From the IMG/VR virus record IMGVR_UViG_2541047690_000002: a DNA stretch of 43,349 bases, one strand, 5' to 3'. Both the position numbers and the translations under genes were made by a program. Shown here one piece after another: positions 9,222 through 19,109 of the stretch. Origin of the DNA: a virus (lineage: Duplodnaviria; Heunggongvirae; Uroviricota; Caudoviricetes). The notes beneath the pieces were generated by a model that did no database searches, was not told the DNA's origin, and saw nothing but the letters and a program-made list of their open reading frames with translations. Within the stretch, counting starts at the first letter, position 1, and every line of letters begins with the position of its first letter.

Positions 9222-9767
9222 ATGACTATGCAACCACTTACATACCAACAGACTAGCGGATTTAGCCCGACTGCGGTGATAAATCGTTCTCAAATAAAAC
9301 AAGCTCCAGACCACGAAAAAATCCGTGATGCCGTCCGCGCCTGGTCGGCTGTAGATAATCAGGATGTCGTTGCCGCACTCATTGTGAATGAGTATCGGGA
9401 GCAGGGCGACGGCACCATCGATTTCCCTGATGATGTCAGCCGTGCACGCCAGAAGCTGTTCCGCTTCCTCGATAACAAATTCGATTCTGAAAAATACCGA
9501 AATAACGTGCGTGAACTGACCCCGGCAATTCTGGCGGTACTACCGCTGGAATATCGCGGTTACCTGGTTGAGCAGGATAGCTTCATGACTCGGCTGGCTG
9601 AAATGGAAAAGGAACTCAGTGAGGCAAAACAGGCTGTCATTCTCAACGCACCACGCCACCAGAAACTGAAGGAAATTAGTGAAGGTATTGTGTCGATGTT
9701 TCGTGTGGACCCGGATCTGGCTGGTCCATTGATGGCGATGGTTACCACCATGTTGGGGGCAATATGA
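9222..9767 (+). CDS. Hypothetical protein in the cII position (possibly YdaT-like regulator)
   Basis: 181-aa ORF between cro and O; assignment by position and weak recollection of YdaT-family proteins following YdaS-type Cro; no motif verified. Confidence 0.35.
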   Translation: MTMQPLTYQQTSGFSPTAVINRSQIKQAPDHEKIRDAVRAWSAVDNQDVVAALIVNEYREQGDGTIDFPDDVSRARQKLFRFLDNKFDSEKYRNNVRELTPAILAVLPLEYRGYLVEQDSFMTRLAEMEKELSEAKQAVILNAPRHQKLKEISEGIVSMFRVDPDLAGPLMAMVTTMLGAI

Positions 9768-9853
9768 CAGGCTCAGAAATGGCGAAAGCCGGTCTGCGGG
9801 AACAGAGCCGACTTTCAGGCGCAAATCGTAACGCACTCATTGCGGGAGGAATT

Positions 9854-10783
9854 ATGGCAAACACTGCTGAGATATTCAATTTTCCAGTGCCGGATGTGGC
9901 ACAAAAGGAGCCGCGCGTGGCAGATCTCGATGATGGTTATACGCGCATTGCAAATGAGTTGCTGGAAGCTGTGATGCTGGCCGGATTAACACAGCACCAG
10001 CTTCTGGTCTTCCTGGCTGTCATGCGCAAAACATATGGCTTTAATAAAAAACTGGATTGGGTGAGCAACGAGCAACTTTCCGAATTGACCGGGATATTGC
10101 CGCACAAGTGTTCTGCTGCAAAAAGCGTTCTGGTAAAGCGTGGGATTCTTATTCAGAGCGGGCGGAATACCGGCATTAATAATGTGGTCAGTGAATGGTC
10201 AACATTACCCGAATCAGGTAAGAAAAATAAAGTTTACCTGAAAGAGGTAAATTTACCTGAATCAGGTAAAAAAAGTTTACCCAAATCAGGTAAAGACGTT
10301 TACCCGAATCAGGTAAACACAAAAGACAAACTAACAAAAGACAATATAAAACCTTATTCGTCCGAGAATTCTGGCGAATCCTCTGACCAGCCAGAAAACG
10401 ACCTTCCTGTGGTGAAACCGGATGCTGCGATTCAGAGCGGCAGCAAGTGGGGGACAGCAGAAGACCTGACCGCCGCAGAGTGGATGTTTGACATGGTGAA
10501 GACCATCGCGCCATCAGCCAGAAAACCGAATTTTGCAGGGTGGGCTAACGATATCCGCCTGATGCGTGAACGTGACGGACGTAACCACCGCGACATGTGC
10601 GTGCTGTTCCGCTGGGCATGCCAGGACAACTTCTGGTCCGGTAACGTGCTAAGTCCGGCCAAACTCCGCGACAAGTGGACCCAGCTCGAAATCAACCGTA
10701 ACAAGCAACAGGCAGGCGTGACAGCCAGCAAACCAAAACTCGACCTGACAAACACAGACTGGATTTACGGGGTTGATCTATGA
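9854..10783 (+). CDS. O: Replication initiator protein O (lambda-type)
   Basis: Start at ATG 9854 with GGGAGGA SD; N-terminus MANTAEIFNF...VADLDDGYTRIANELLEA parallels lambda O; contains in-frame iteron-encoded repeats LPESGKK. Confidence 0.88.
   Translation: MANTAEIFNFPVPDVAQKEPRVADLDDGYTRIANELLEAVMLAGLTQHQLLVFLAVMRKTYGFNKKLDWVSNEQLSELTGILPHKCSAAKSVLVKRGILIQSGRNTGINNVVSEWSTLPESGKKNKVYLKEVNLPESGKKSLPKSGKDVYPNQVNTKDKLTKDNIKPYSSENSGESSDQPENDLPVVKPDAAIQSGSKWGTAEDLTAAEWMFDMVKTIAPSARKPNFAGWANDIRLMRERDGRNHRDMCVLFRWACQDNFWSGNVLSPAKLRDKWTQLEINRNKQQAGVTASKPKLDLTNTDWIYGVDL
10203..10317. repeat. Replication origin iterons (ori-lambda type) inside the O gene
   Basis: Four to five direct repeats of TTTACC(C/T)GAATCAGGTAAA spaced about 23 bp apart (10205, 10233, 10252, 10276, 10299), followed by an A-rich stretch (10318..10355). 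Confidence 0.85.
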
Positions 10784-11502
10784 AAAACATCGCCGCACAG
10801 ATGATTAACTTTGACCGTGAGCAGATGCGTCGGATCGCCAACAACATGCCGGAACAGTACGACGAAAAGCCGCAGGTACAGCAGGTAGCGCAGATTATCA
10901 ATGGTGTGTTCAGCCAGTTACTGGCAACTTTCCCGGCGAGCCTGGCTAACCGGGACCAGAACGAACTGAACGAAATCCGCCGCCAGTGGGTGCTGGCTTT
11001 CCGGGAAAACGGGATCGCCACAATGGAACAGGTTAACGCAGGAATGCGCGTAGCCCGTCGGCAGAATCGACCATTTCTGCCATCACCCGGGCAGTTTGTT
11101 GCATGGTGCCGGGAAGAAGCATCCGTTACCGCCGGGCTGCCAAACGTCAGCGAGCTGGTTGATATGGTTTACGAGTATTGCCGGAAGCGTGGCCTGTATC
11201 CGGACGCAGAGTCTTATCCATGGAAATCAAACGCGCACTACTGGTTGGTTACCAACCTGTACCAGAATATGCGGGCCAATGCGTTGACTGACTCGGAATT
11301 ACGGCGCAAGGCTGCCGATGAACTTGCCCATATGACTGCGAGAATTAACCGTGGTGAGGCGATTCCCGAGCCAGTTAAACAGCTTCCGGTTATTGGTGGT
11401 AAGCCGCTATCCCGTATACAAGGATTGGCAAAGTTGGCTGAGATTCGCGAGAAGCACGGACTGAGAAGACGTAAACAATTAACGGGAGTGAAGCTAACCT
11501 GA
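10780..11502 (+). CDS. P: Replication protein P (DnaB helicase loader)
   Basis: 240-aa translation recalled as near-identical to lambda P over most of its length (MKNIAAQMINFDREQMRRIANNMPEQYDEKPQ...); start overlaps O stop (ATGA). Confidence 0.92.
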   Translation: MKNIAAQMINFDREQMRRIANNMPEQYDEKPQVQQVAQIINGVFSQLLATFPASLANRDQNELNEIRRQWVLAFRENGIATMEQVNAGMRVARRQNRPFLPSPGQFVAWCREEASVTAGLPNVSELVDMVYEYCRKRGLYPDAESYPWKSNAHYWLVTNLYQNMRANALTDSELRRKAADELAHMTARINRGEAIPEPVKQLPVIGGKPLSRIQGLAKLAEIREKHGLRRRKQLTGVKLT

Positions 11503-11847
11503 ACTACCTTCAAGACACATAAAACCTTTCCCCCAGAAAATATAGTTCATCCTGCGGCATCAACCAGACCGTAAACATTCTGACAAAGCAGGGCGATCTG
11601 GTCGATGTCAGCAATATCTAGCGAACGATTCACTACCGATTGGTAACCGAAGAGGAAATCTCTTGGCACAAAAGCACCAATCAGATTTTCGATGATGGCC
11701 CCCAAGCCCGGTGATGACGCGAATTTTACTAGCCTACGAGAGGAACGGAGCATGAAGACAGCACCGAGCACAGTGTAACTATTCGATTTTTTTCTGTTTG
11801 ATTTTTCGACATACTACATTATATAGCTCGATATCCTTTCATTTTAC

Positions 11848-13053
11848 TTATTCAATTAACGGTACTTGTTTGTTGCAGAATACTAATATTGCATCTTGAG
11901 TAAGTTTTTTATGCATATGCTTTAGCGGCTCAATGTTAGTCTCGTAACCGAAAGTAGCGAAAAGAGTTGGTTCTATAATGAAATTTTCTTCATAAGCTTT
12001 TAGATCAAATGCTCTCTTTGCAATTAATCTAACTGCTTTCTTTCTAATGCGTGAATTATATCTATTCTCTATGCTAAGTTTAGCCATGTTTTCATCGATG
12101 TTGTTTTTTTGTTTTTTTAGTATAATTTGAATGTGATCATCATCAATTTGGCCATCTCTATATATATAATCAATGTCATAATTAAAATCAAAAAGCTGAG
12201 TGTCATTTACACCTTCAAGAAAAGGATTTGAAAATGGGCTCATGATCGGATCGAGTGATTTTTTATAAGTACTATTGCATTTAGTGCAGCTAGGAATTAA
12301 GTTAAATAAACTAAAGGAGATCAACGGATATTTGTACTTAGGTATGAAATGATCAAATGCTGGCCTGTAGCTAGTACCTGTATGGTCTTCTACTTGTTCA
12401 ATTTCTTCACTGTTGCAATATGGGCATATGCTAATGTCTAAAAAACTGTTCAATTGATACGCTGTTTCTCTATCAATAAGTGAGTATTTAAATATTTCAG
12501 AAATATTTTTAACCCATGATGGAAATAACTTAATGGTATTTTCCTTTAAAGGACCACCATTCTTGATACTTATAAGATTAAGAATCTTATCTCTTAAACT
12601 AGATAATTTTTGTGGTGAGAAATGTGTATTTAATATATCCTCAAGTATTAGGCTTTGTGTAGTTTGAGAGAAAGATGTGATTATTTTGATGGCATGTGCT
12701 AGTTCATTATAAACTATTTTTTTGTTTTCTTTTGTTTTTAAAGGTAATTGTAGGTTTGTTAATGGTTGTAAATTTAAGTGCCTTAAAAAATAATCAGGAG
12801 AATAGTACTCACACACAATTGGGTGTTTGTTGTATATTTTGATGATTATATTTTTTAATCGTTTGGGTTTTGAAAAAACTAATTTTCTGATAGTTTTTTT
12901 GTTGATTGTATTTAGAAACTCTACTTCATCGGGAGTAATGTTCAGTAACTTCCTCTGCTTCACGCGTTTATTAACTTTGCTTACTATTTTAGAAAAGGAT
13001 ATTTTTACATCAACATTGAAGTCTTTGTTTATTTTTATCATTTTTTTACTCAT
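11848..13053 (-). CDS. HNH (His-Me finger) motif protein, putative nuclease effector (PtuB-like)
   Basis: 401 aa; motif CPYCN-x20-DHFIPKYKYP-x10-NLIPSCTKCN at residues about 210-260 (nt about 12265..12426) matches the C-X2-C...DH...N...C-X2-C HNH pattern; extremely AT-rich; start overlaps upstream ATPase stop (ATGA). Confidence 0.6.
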   Translation of the reverse strand: MSKKMIKINKDFNVDVKISFSKIVSKVNKRVKQRKLLNITPDEVEFLNTINKKTIRKLVFSKPKRLKNIIIKIYNKHPIVCEYYSPDYFLRHLNLQPLTNLQLPLKTKENKKIVYNELAHAIKIITSFSQTTQSLILEDILNTHFSPQKLSSLRDKILNLISIKNGGPLKENTIKLFPSWVKNISEIFKYSLIDRETAYQLNSFLDISICPYCNSEEIEQVEDHTGTSYRPAFDHFIPKYKYPLISFSLFNLIPSCTKCNSTYKKSLDPIMSPFSNPFLEGVNDTQLFDFNYDIDYIYRDGQIDDDHIQIILKKQKNNIDENMAKLSIENRYNSRIRKKAVRLIAKRAFDLKAYEENFIIEPTLFATFGYETNIEPLKHMHKKLTQDAILVFCNKQVPLIE

Positions 13054-14837
13054 TTCTCAAAAGAATCTGTTTTATCATTGTTTTTGTTTAACTTCAGATC
13101 AATAAGATTTATGAGAAGTTTATTTTTAATTTGTGATAGTATGGTTTTTTGATGTTTATTTAAATTACCGTCATCTGAGTTTTTTATTATTGAGTTTAGA
13201 TAATTATGTGCGTGCTGTCCTATTGTAGCATCAATAAAAAAACCATTTATATATAATTCTGATATGGTTGCTCCGAAACCAAACTCTACTTTCTTAGTAT
13301 AGGTTCCTTGATTATGATCTCTTTCAAGATATATTATATCTGATGGCAAAAAATCACTTGCGAGTATAGGGGAGTGAGTTGTAAATACTAATTGAATATT
13401 TTTACTTTGTTTATATCTTAATGTTAAATCTATAATTTCTGAAAAAATAACTCGTTGCCATTCAGGGTGTAGATATAAATCACACTCATCTAATAATATT
13501 ATAATATTTTTGCTGTTGCTATGTTCTATAGAATCATAAAGTTGATTGAAAAGGTTTAATTTTGCAAACTCTCCTGAACTAAGTGAATCCCAACCATACT
13601 TAAATCGCGATGATACGCCATTTGGTAACCTATCAACTAATCTTATTAACTCCATAATCTGCTTTGGTTCTTCAACTGTGAAAGATAAACTATCAACTGG
13701 GTCTCTTGCTGTGTTTTCTAATATATCAGCTATATTACCTATAATGTCGGAGATATGTTCAGATAACATTTCTATTTTTGACTGAAATTTAACATTAACG
13801 TTAAATTCATCTAAAGTCTCTAATATAGTTTTTGCTGGATCTTTTTCTTCAAGATACGCGCGACACAAGCAAAATAAATAAACAGTCTCACATATGTCTT
13901 TAGGGATTTTTGATGTCTTGAGTAAATGCCATGTTATTGCAGGCAAAAGCATCAAGTAAATTATTTTGTGATATGAAAAGGTTGCGAGGAAATTTAATGA
14001 TCTTTCTTTGTTAAAAATAATGCTAATAATAAAATCTTCATCGTAATCTATCCCATGATTGAGTATATCCACAAGTGAAATACCTAAAGAATCTAAATCA
14101 CGTTCAATATATCTAGGGAGTTTATTGTTTTTAATTCTATCATTCAACGTATCAAAAAAGTATTCAATAGCTCCAAAAAGTCCTTTGTCACCAATATCAT
14201 TGTTTTTTATAATAGAATTTATTTTATATACTGGTGAGTTTTCTATTTCAAATTGAAATTTAGTATTAAGTCTTGATAAATTGTCTTTAGCCCATGAACT
14301 GTGGTCTGAAAATGAAATTAATTGCTTGAGTAATTTCTTATTGCGTGTTTTACTGCCTTGCAAAAAATATGACAGTGATAAATCTTTAGAAATCGAATCG
14401 TTTTTTTTCTTTTTTTGTCCAACTAACATACTTTTGAGGTCGATTGTGTTATTTATCTTTATTAGGTTGATTTTGTTTCTTCTAAAAAAATGTTCATTAT
14501 TATCAATCAGTTCCGTTTGCATTTTGGATAATATTACAGGAGGTTTGCAATTGCTTGTGATAATTATAAGTTTATCATTTTCATTCCAGATGCTATAACC
14601 GCTACCTTCAAAATCGTAAATAAAGCTACTAATGAAATCTAAAATTGATGACTTTCCAACACCATTTTTCCCTAAAATTAATGTACAGGGAATATTGCTA
14701 TAATAGTCACGACTTAAATCTTTCTTAGCAATTGTAAGGACGTTACCTTTATGGCTAAAGGTAAATTTACTTGAGGTGGGGAGGGACAGCTTATTTAAAC
14801 CTTTATAATTGTGGATATAAGTGTATATTAGTTCCAT
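13050..14837 (-). CDS. ABC-type/AAA ATPase (PtuA/AriA/OLD-like defense ATPase)
   Basis: 595 aa; Walker A GKNGVGKSS (residues 56-64), ABC-signature-like LSSGE, Walker B IIILLDECD and H-loop FTTHSP near the C-terminus; AT-rich. Confidence 0.7.
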   Translation of the reverse strand: MELIYTYIHNYKGLNKLSLPTSSKFTFSHKGNVLTIAKKDLSRDYYSNIPCTLILGKNGVGKSSILDFISSFIYDFEGSGYSIWNENDKLIIITSNCKPPVILSKMQTELIDNNEHFFRRNKINLIKINNTIDLKSMLVGQKKKKNDSISKDLSLSYFLQGSKTRNKKLLKQLISFSDHSSWAKDNLSRLNTKFQFEIENSPVYKINSIIKNNDIGDKGLFGAIEYFFDTLNDRIKNNKLPRYIERDLDSLGISLVDILNHGIDYDEDFIISIIFNKERSLNFLATFSYHKIIYLMLLPAITWHLLKTSKIPKDICETVYLFCLCRAYLEEKDPAKTILETLDEFNVNVKFQSKIEMLSEHISDIIGNIADILENTARDPVDSLSFTVEEPKQIMELIRLVDRLPNGVSSRFKYGWDSLSSGEFAKLNLFNQLYDSIEHSNSKNIIILLDECDLYLHPEWQRVIFSEIIDLTLRYKQSKNIQLVFTTHSPILASDFLPSDIIYLERDHNQGTYTKKVEFGFGATISELYINGFFIDATIGQHAHNYLNSIIKNSDDGNLNKHQKTILSQIKNKLLINLIDLKLNKNNDKTDSFEK

Positions 14838-15359
14838 TATATAACCAATCTCTTAAATATGAAAAAACATAATGGGGTGATAGGCGTATTTGAAAAATAC
14901 ACGCTACCGCCACCTAGCGTTAAGCTGGGAGTGTTATTTTTATATTTTACCCCAAGTATTTGTTTTATGCAATTGTATCATCACATCTTTTGAAAGTTTG
15001 CTTTCTAAATGTAATTGTAATTTTAAACGGGTTTAATTGTTTTAAAGTGTTTGGGTGATTTGTTTTTCGAGGTTGCCTTCATAAATTAAGAGATAAAAAC
15101 GTTGTAATGTATTTTTATATGAGTGAGCTAATAAATGAAATCTTGATTGAAAATTATAGGTTGGCGGTTACTTAAATTTGATTTTCCAAAATCAGATCGT
15201 CATAATTATCGCATCGAAGCCTGAACACCTCCGGTGACTTCTGCGCTAAACGGGGACGTTTATGCGCACATACAATCTAAACTCTCTTCTCCCTTCACAG
15301 ATGCAGAAATGCACCTGCGATTCTTTGCATCCAACGTTTGACCTCTGCGGAGGTGAAGC

Positions 15360-15815
15360 GTGAACCTCCCACAAGACGGCATCAAATTACATCGCGGTAA
15401 CTTCACCACTATCGGTCAGCAGATCCAGCCTTATCTGGAGGACGGAAAATGCTTTCGCATGGTGCTTAAACCGTGGCGCGAGAGACGCAGTCTTTCCCAG
15501 AATGCACTCAGCCACATGTGGTACAGCGAAATCAGCGAGTACCTCATCAGCAGGGGGAAAACGTTCGCTACTGCAGTATGGGTAAAAGATGCACTCAAAC
15601 ACACATACCTCGGTTATGAAACCAAGGACTTGGTTGATGTCGTAACCGGCGAAATCACTACTATCCAGTCGTTACGCCATACCTCCGATCTTGATACCGG
15701 AGAGATGTATGTCTTCCTGTGTAAGGTTGAAGCCTGGGCGATGAATATTGGCTGCCACCTGACTATTCCGCAGAGCTGCGAGTTCCAGCTGCTGCGCGAC
15801 AAGCAGGAGGCGTAA
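15360..15815 (+). CDS. ninB: NinB/YbcN-family protein
   Basis: 151-aa product (GTG start) recalled as matching DLP12 YbcN / lambdoid NinB-family proteins; first gene of a nin-like block. Confidence 0.7.
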   Translation: MNLPQDGIKLHRGNFTTIGQQIQPYLEDGKCFRMVLKPWRERRSLSQNALSHMWYSEISEYLISRGKTFATAVWVKDALKHTYLGYETKDLVDVVTGEITTIQSLRHTSDLDTGEMYVFLCKVEAWAMNIGCHLTIPQSCEFQLLRDKQEA

Positions 15816-15985
15816 TGGCTACACCGCTTATTCGTGTCATGAACGGGCACATTTACAGAGTACCAAATCGTCGTAAGCGTAAACCTGAGCTGAAGCCTTC
15901 CGAAATACCAACACTGCTCGGATATACCGCCAGCTTGGTTGATAAAAAATGGTTGCGACTGGCAGCAAGGAGGAGTCATGGCTGA
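15815..15985 (+). CDS. ninE: NinE-like small protein
   Basis: 56-aa ORF ([32 protein letters not shown]...) not in the supplied track (below length cutoff); start overlaps ninB stop (TAATG); matches DLP12 NinE from memory. Confidence 0.65.
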   Translation: MATPLIRVMNGHIYRVPNRRKRKPELKPSEIPTLLGYTASLVDKKWLRLAARRSHG

Positions 15986-16268
15986 TTTGAGAAAAGCAGC
16001 GCGTGGTCGGGAATGCCAGGTAAGAATCCCTGGCGTATGTAATGGCAACCCTGAAACGTCTGTACTGGCACATATCCGGCTGGCTGGATTGTGCGGTACC
16101 GGTATCAAACCGCCAGACCTGATTGCCACCATTGCATGTTCTGCCTGCCACGACGAAATCGACCGCCGCACACATTTTGTCGATGCTGCATATGCAAAAG
16201 AATGCGCGCTGGAAGGTATGGCGAGAACACAGGTTATCTGGCTGAAAGAGGGGGTTATTAAGGCGTGA
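15978..16268 (+). CDS. ybcO: YbcO-like putative nuclease (DUF1364)
   Basis: 96-aa product from internal ATG ([28 protein letters not shown]...); Cys-rich metal-binding motif; matches DLP12 YbcO from memory. Confidence 0.75.
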   Translation: MADLRKAARGRECQVRIPGVCNGNPETSVLAHIRLAGLCGTGIKPPDLIATIACSACHDEIDRRTHFVDAAYAKECALEGMARTQVIWLKEGVIKA

Positions 16269-16627
16269 ATACCTACAGCATCACATTACCCTGGCCTCCG
16301 AGCAATAATCGCTATTACCGCCATAATCGCGGGCGCACGCACATCAGCGCAGAGGGGCAGGCATACCGCGATAACGTCGCCCGAATCATTAAAAACGCAA
16401 TGCTGGATATCGGCCTGGCTATGCCTGTGAAAATCCGCATTGAGTGCCACATGCCGGATCGCCGTCGCCGTGACCTGGATAATCTGCAAAAAGCCGCTTT
16501 TGACGCACTCACTAAAGCAGGTTTCTGGCTGGATGATGCTCAGGTCGTTGATTACCGCGTTGTGAAGATGCCCGTTACCAAAGGTGGGAGGCTGGAACTG
16601 ACCATCACCGAAATGGGGAATGAATGA
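16265..16627 (+). CDS. rusA: Holliday junction resolvase RusA
   Basis: 120-aa translation recalled as near-identical to E. coli DLP12 RusA ([26 protein letters not shown]...). Confidence 0.92.
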   Translation: MNTYSITLPWPPSNNRYYRHNRGRTHISAEGQAYRDNVARIIKNAMLDIGLAMPVKIRIECHMPDRRRRDLDNLQKAAFDALTKAGFWLDDAQVVDYRVVKMPVTKGGRLELTITEMGNE

Positions 16628-16764
16628 TGTTTGAGTTTTATATGGCAGAACTTCTTCGCCACCGCTGGGGGCATCTGCGCTTATATCGTTTCCCCGGTTC
16701 TGTTTTGACCGATTACCGAATACTGAAGAATTACGCCAAAACCCTGACAGGAGCAGGAGTATGA
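16624..16764 (+). CDS. ylcG: YlcG-like small protein
   Basis: 46-aa ORF ([25 protein letters not shown]...) overlapping rusA stop; below track cutoff; matches DLP12 ylcG from memory. Confidence 0.6.
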   Translation: MMFEFYMAELLRHRWGHLRLYRFPGSVLTDYRILKNYAKTLTGAGV

Positions 16765-16849
16765 AGTCAGAGATAACAATCAACTAATACTGTTTTGTTG
16801 ATTTTTGCTTGTGATTGGCGTTCTGGTCTGATTTTTGTGGAGTAAGTTG

Positions 16850-17233
16850 ATGCGTGATATTCAGATGGTTCTTGAGCGTTGGGGAGCGTGGGCGGCTAAT
16901 AATCATGAAGATGTGACCTGGTCGTCCATTGCCGCCGGTTTTAAGGGATTAATTCCTTCAAAAGTAAAATCTCGCCCGCAATGTTGTGACGATGACGCGA
17001 TGATCATTTGCGGGTGCATGGCCCGTCTGAAAAAGAACAACAGCGATTTGCACGATTTATTAGTAGATTATTATGTAGTCGGTATGACATTCATGTCACT
17101 GGCAGGTAAGCATTGCTGCTCTGATGGTTATATCGGGAAAAGGTTACAGAAGGCTGAGGGCATAATTGAAGGGATGTTAATGGCATTAGATATCCGGTTA
17201 GAGATGGATATCGTTGTTAATAACTCTAATTAA
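16850..17233 (+). CDS. quuD: Late-gene antiterminator Q (QuuD-like)
   Basis: 127-aa product from ATG 16850 ([24 protein letters not shown]...); matches DLP12 QuuD from memory; Cys-rich zinc-binding region. Confidence 0.85.
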   Translation: MRDIQMVLERWGAWAANNHEDVTWSSIAAGFKGLIPSKVKSRPQCCDDDAMIICGCMARLKKNNSDLHDLLVDYYVVGMTFMSLAGKHCCSDGYIGKRLQKAEGIIEGMLMALDIRLEMDIVVNNSN

Positions 17234-17372
17234 TATGCCAATTGTTTACTAAAAATTATTAAAAATGGGGCGTTGAGACGCCCCCAAAAATAAAGGGTAA
17301 TATATAACAGAAGGTTTATATAGTTAGAAGCAAGGTTGTGCTTCTAAAGGAAGTGGCTTGAGGGAGCCACTT

Positions 17373-17412
17373 ATATGTTGGGGAGGCAACGCCTCCCGCA
17401 ACATATCTTTTT
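17373..17412 (+). terminator. Intrinsic terminator downstream of Q (tR'-like)
   Basis: Long near-perfect hairpin ATATGTTGGGGAGGC-AAC-GCCTCCCGCAACATAT followed by CTTTTT; preceded by further hairpins at about 17266..17283 and 17354..17371. Confidence 0.55.
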
Positions 17413-17422
17413 CGTAATCAGA

Positions 17423-18520
17423 TTAGAACTGGTAAACCAGACCTACAGCAACGATGTCATCAGTGCTTACACCGAGTGCTTTAGTGAAGTCATTTTTGTC
17501 AAGCAGGTTGATTTTGTAATCAACGAAAGTAGACATATTTTTGTTGAAGTAATAGGTTGCACCTACATCAACATATTTGACTAAGTCCTGATCGCCCCAT
17601 ACTCCAAGATCTTTACCTTTAGATTGCAGGTAAGCAACGGACGGACGCAGACCGAAATCGAACTGATATTGTGCAACAGCTTCGAAGTTTTGGGCTTTAT
17701 TAGCAACGAAGTGATCAGCAAATACAGTCATATTCTGGGTTTCAGAATAGGTAGTGGCCAGGTAAATGTTGTTAGCGTCATATTTCAGACCTGCGGCCCA
17801 AACTTCTGCATTTTTACCGGAAGCAAATACTTCAGGAAGAACTTTCCCTGCATTAACTTGAGTGTCGGTACGATCAGATTTCGCATAAGTTGCACCGATA
17901 CCGAATCCTTCGTATTCATAGGTAGCAGAGAAACCGAAGCCATCACCGTTACCTTCAGTGTAGTTATCGAAATCGCTACGATCGTTTTTGCCTTGGTACT
18001 GAGCAGCAAAGTTCAGACCATCAACCAGACCAAAGAAGTCGTTGTTACGATAGGTTGCAACACCAGTGGTGCGACCAGTCATGAACACATCTGTTTGGGT
18101 CCAGGTATCGCCACCGAATTCTGGCAGAACGTCAGTCCACGCACCGATGTCGTATGCTACACCGTAGTTACGGCCGTAATCGATTGAGCCGTAGTCACCG
18201 AATTTCAGGCCTGCAAATGCAAGACGGGTTTTGTCTTTGGAGGAACCTTGAGATTCAGCGCGGTTGCCTTTGAATTCATATTCCCACTGACCGAAACCAG
18301 TCAGTTGATCGTTGATTTGGGTTTCACCTTTGAAGCCAAGACGGGCATAAGTAGTATCACCATCATCTGCATCATTAGAGGAGAAGTAGTGCTTGGCATT
18401 AACTTTCCCGTACAGATCCAGCTTGTTACTGTCTTTATTATAAATTTCAGCTGCCTGAGCAGACATCGCCATCAGTACTGATGCAGCTACAGCAGAAATT
18501 GCCACTGTTAATTTTTTCAT
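17423..18520 (-). CDS. nmpC: Outer-membrane porin, OmpC/NmpC family (prophage moron)
   Basis: 365-aa product with signal peptide ([23 protein letters not shown]) and C-terminal ...VGLVYQF beta-barrel terminus; same place and orientation as nmpC in DLP12. Confidence 0.9.
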   Translation of the reverse strand: MKKLTVAISAVAASVLMAMSAQAAEIYNKDSNKLDLYGKVNAKHYFSSNDADDGDTTYARLGFKGETQINDQLTGFGQWEYEFKGNRAESQGSSKDKTRLAFAGLKFGDYGSIDYGRNYGVAYDIGAWTDVLPEFGGDTWTQTDVFMTGRTTGVATYRNNDFFGLVDGLNFAAQYQGKNDRSDFDNYTEGNGDGFGFSATYEYEGFGIGATYAKSDRTDTQVNAGKVLPEVFASGKNAEVWAAGLKYDANNIYLATTYSETQNMTVFADHFVANKAQNFEAVAQYQFDFGLRPSVAYLQSKGKDLGVWGDQDLVKYVDVGATYYFNKNMSTFVDYKINLLDKNDFTKALGVSTDDIVAVGLVYQF

Positions 18521-19109
18521 CGTGAGCCCTTTTTTTTGAACTATTATTAAAAAATGATGTCACTGCGCGATAAATATTCATCTAATCAATGTGATTATTT
18601 CAAGATGTAAGTTTTGGTTTCTCGTTTGATTTGTGAAGTAGATCTCTATTTTTATCTGAACTTTTTTCTATCGAATCCTATTCATAGCTCTTGGCTGAAT
18701 AAAAATAAATCTATTAGCCAATTTATATTAACGGCTGTTATTTATAAGTGCTCTATAATTTGAAGGTTCAATTTAAATCGGCTAAAAATAACACTGGAAA
18801 TTATTTGTTGGTTATTTGTTGAGGTTTTCTTATGTATTTGTGGTGGTGTTTTGAACACTCGGTAGCATTCTCATAAATATCATTCAGTGGTTTACGTACG
18901 TAAAAAATTGGTTATGCTGTTAAGAGTGGTTACTTCGTCACACAGCTTAAACCCGCCGTCGAGCTGGTTTTTCCATTTTTTGAGTCTCGATATTAGCTGA
19001 TAACTCAATACCTGAGTTATTCACTGACTCCGAGTCTGTTACGTTTCTGCTTTTTTGCGATACGTTGTATTCCCTCAATTTACACCCGCTTTGTCTGCGA
19101 GGTGGGGTT

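Noticed and set aside
12827-14598. Plus-strand ORFs (92, 79, 65, 105 aa) inside the AT-rich ATPase/HNH operon
   Set aside because: Low-complexity Ile/Leu/Phe-rich antisense translations typical of AT-rich DNA; the minus-strand frames carry the ATPase and HNH motifs.
17624-18187. 187-aa plus-strand ORF inside the porin gene
   Set aside because: Antisense to a porin whose identity is supported by signal peptide and C-terminal beta-barrel motif.
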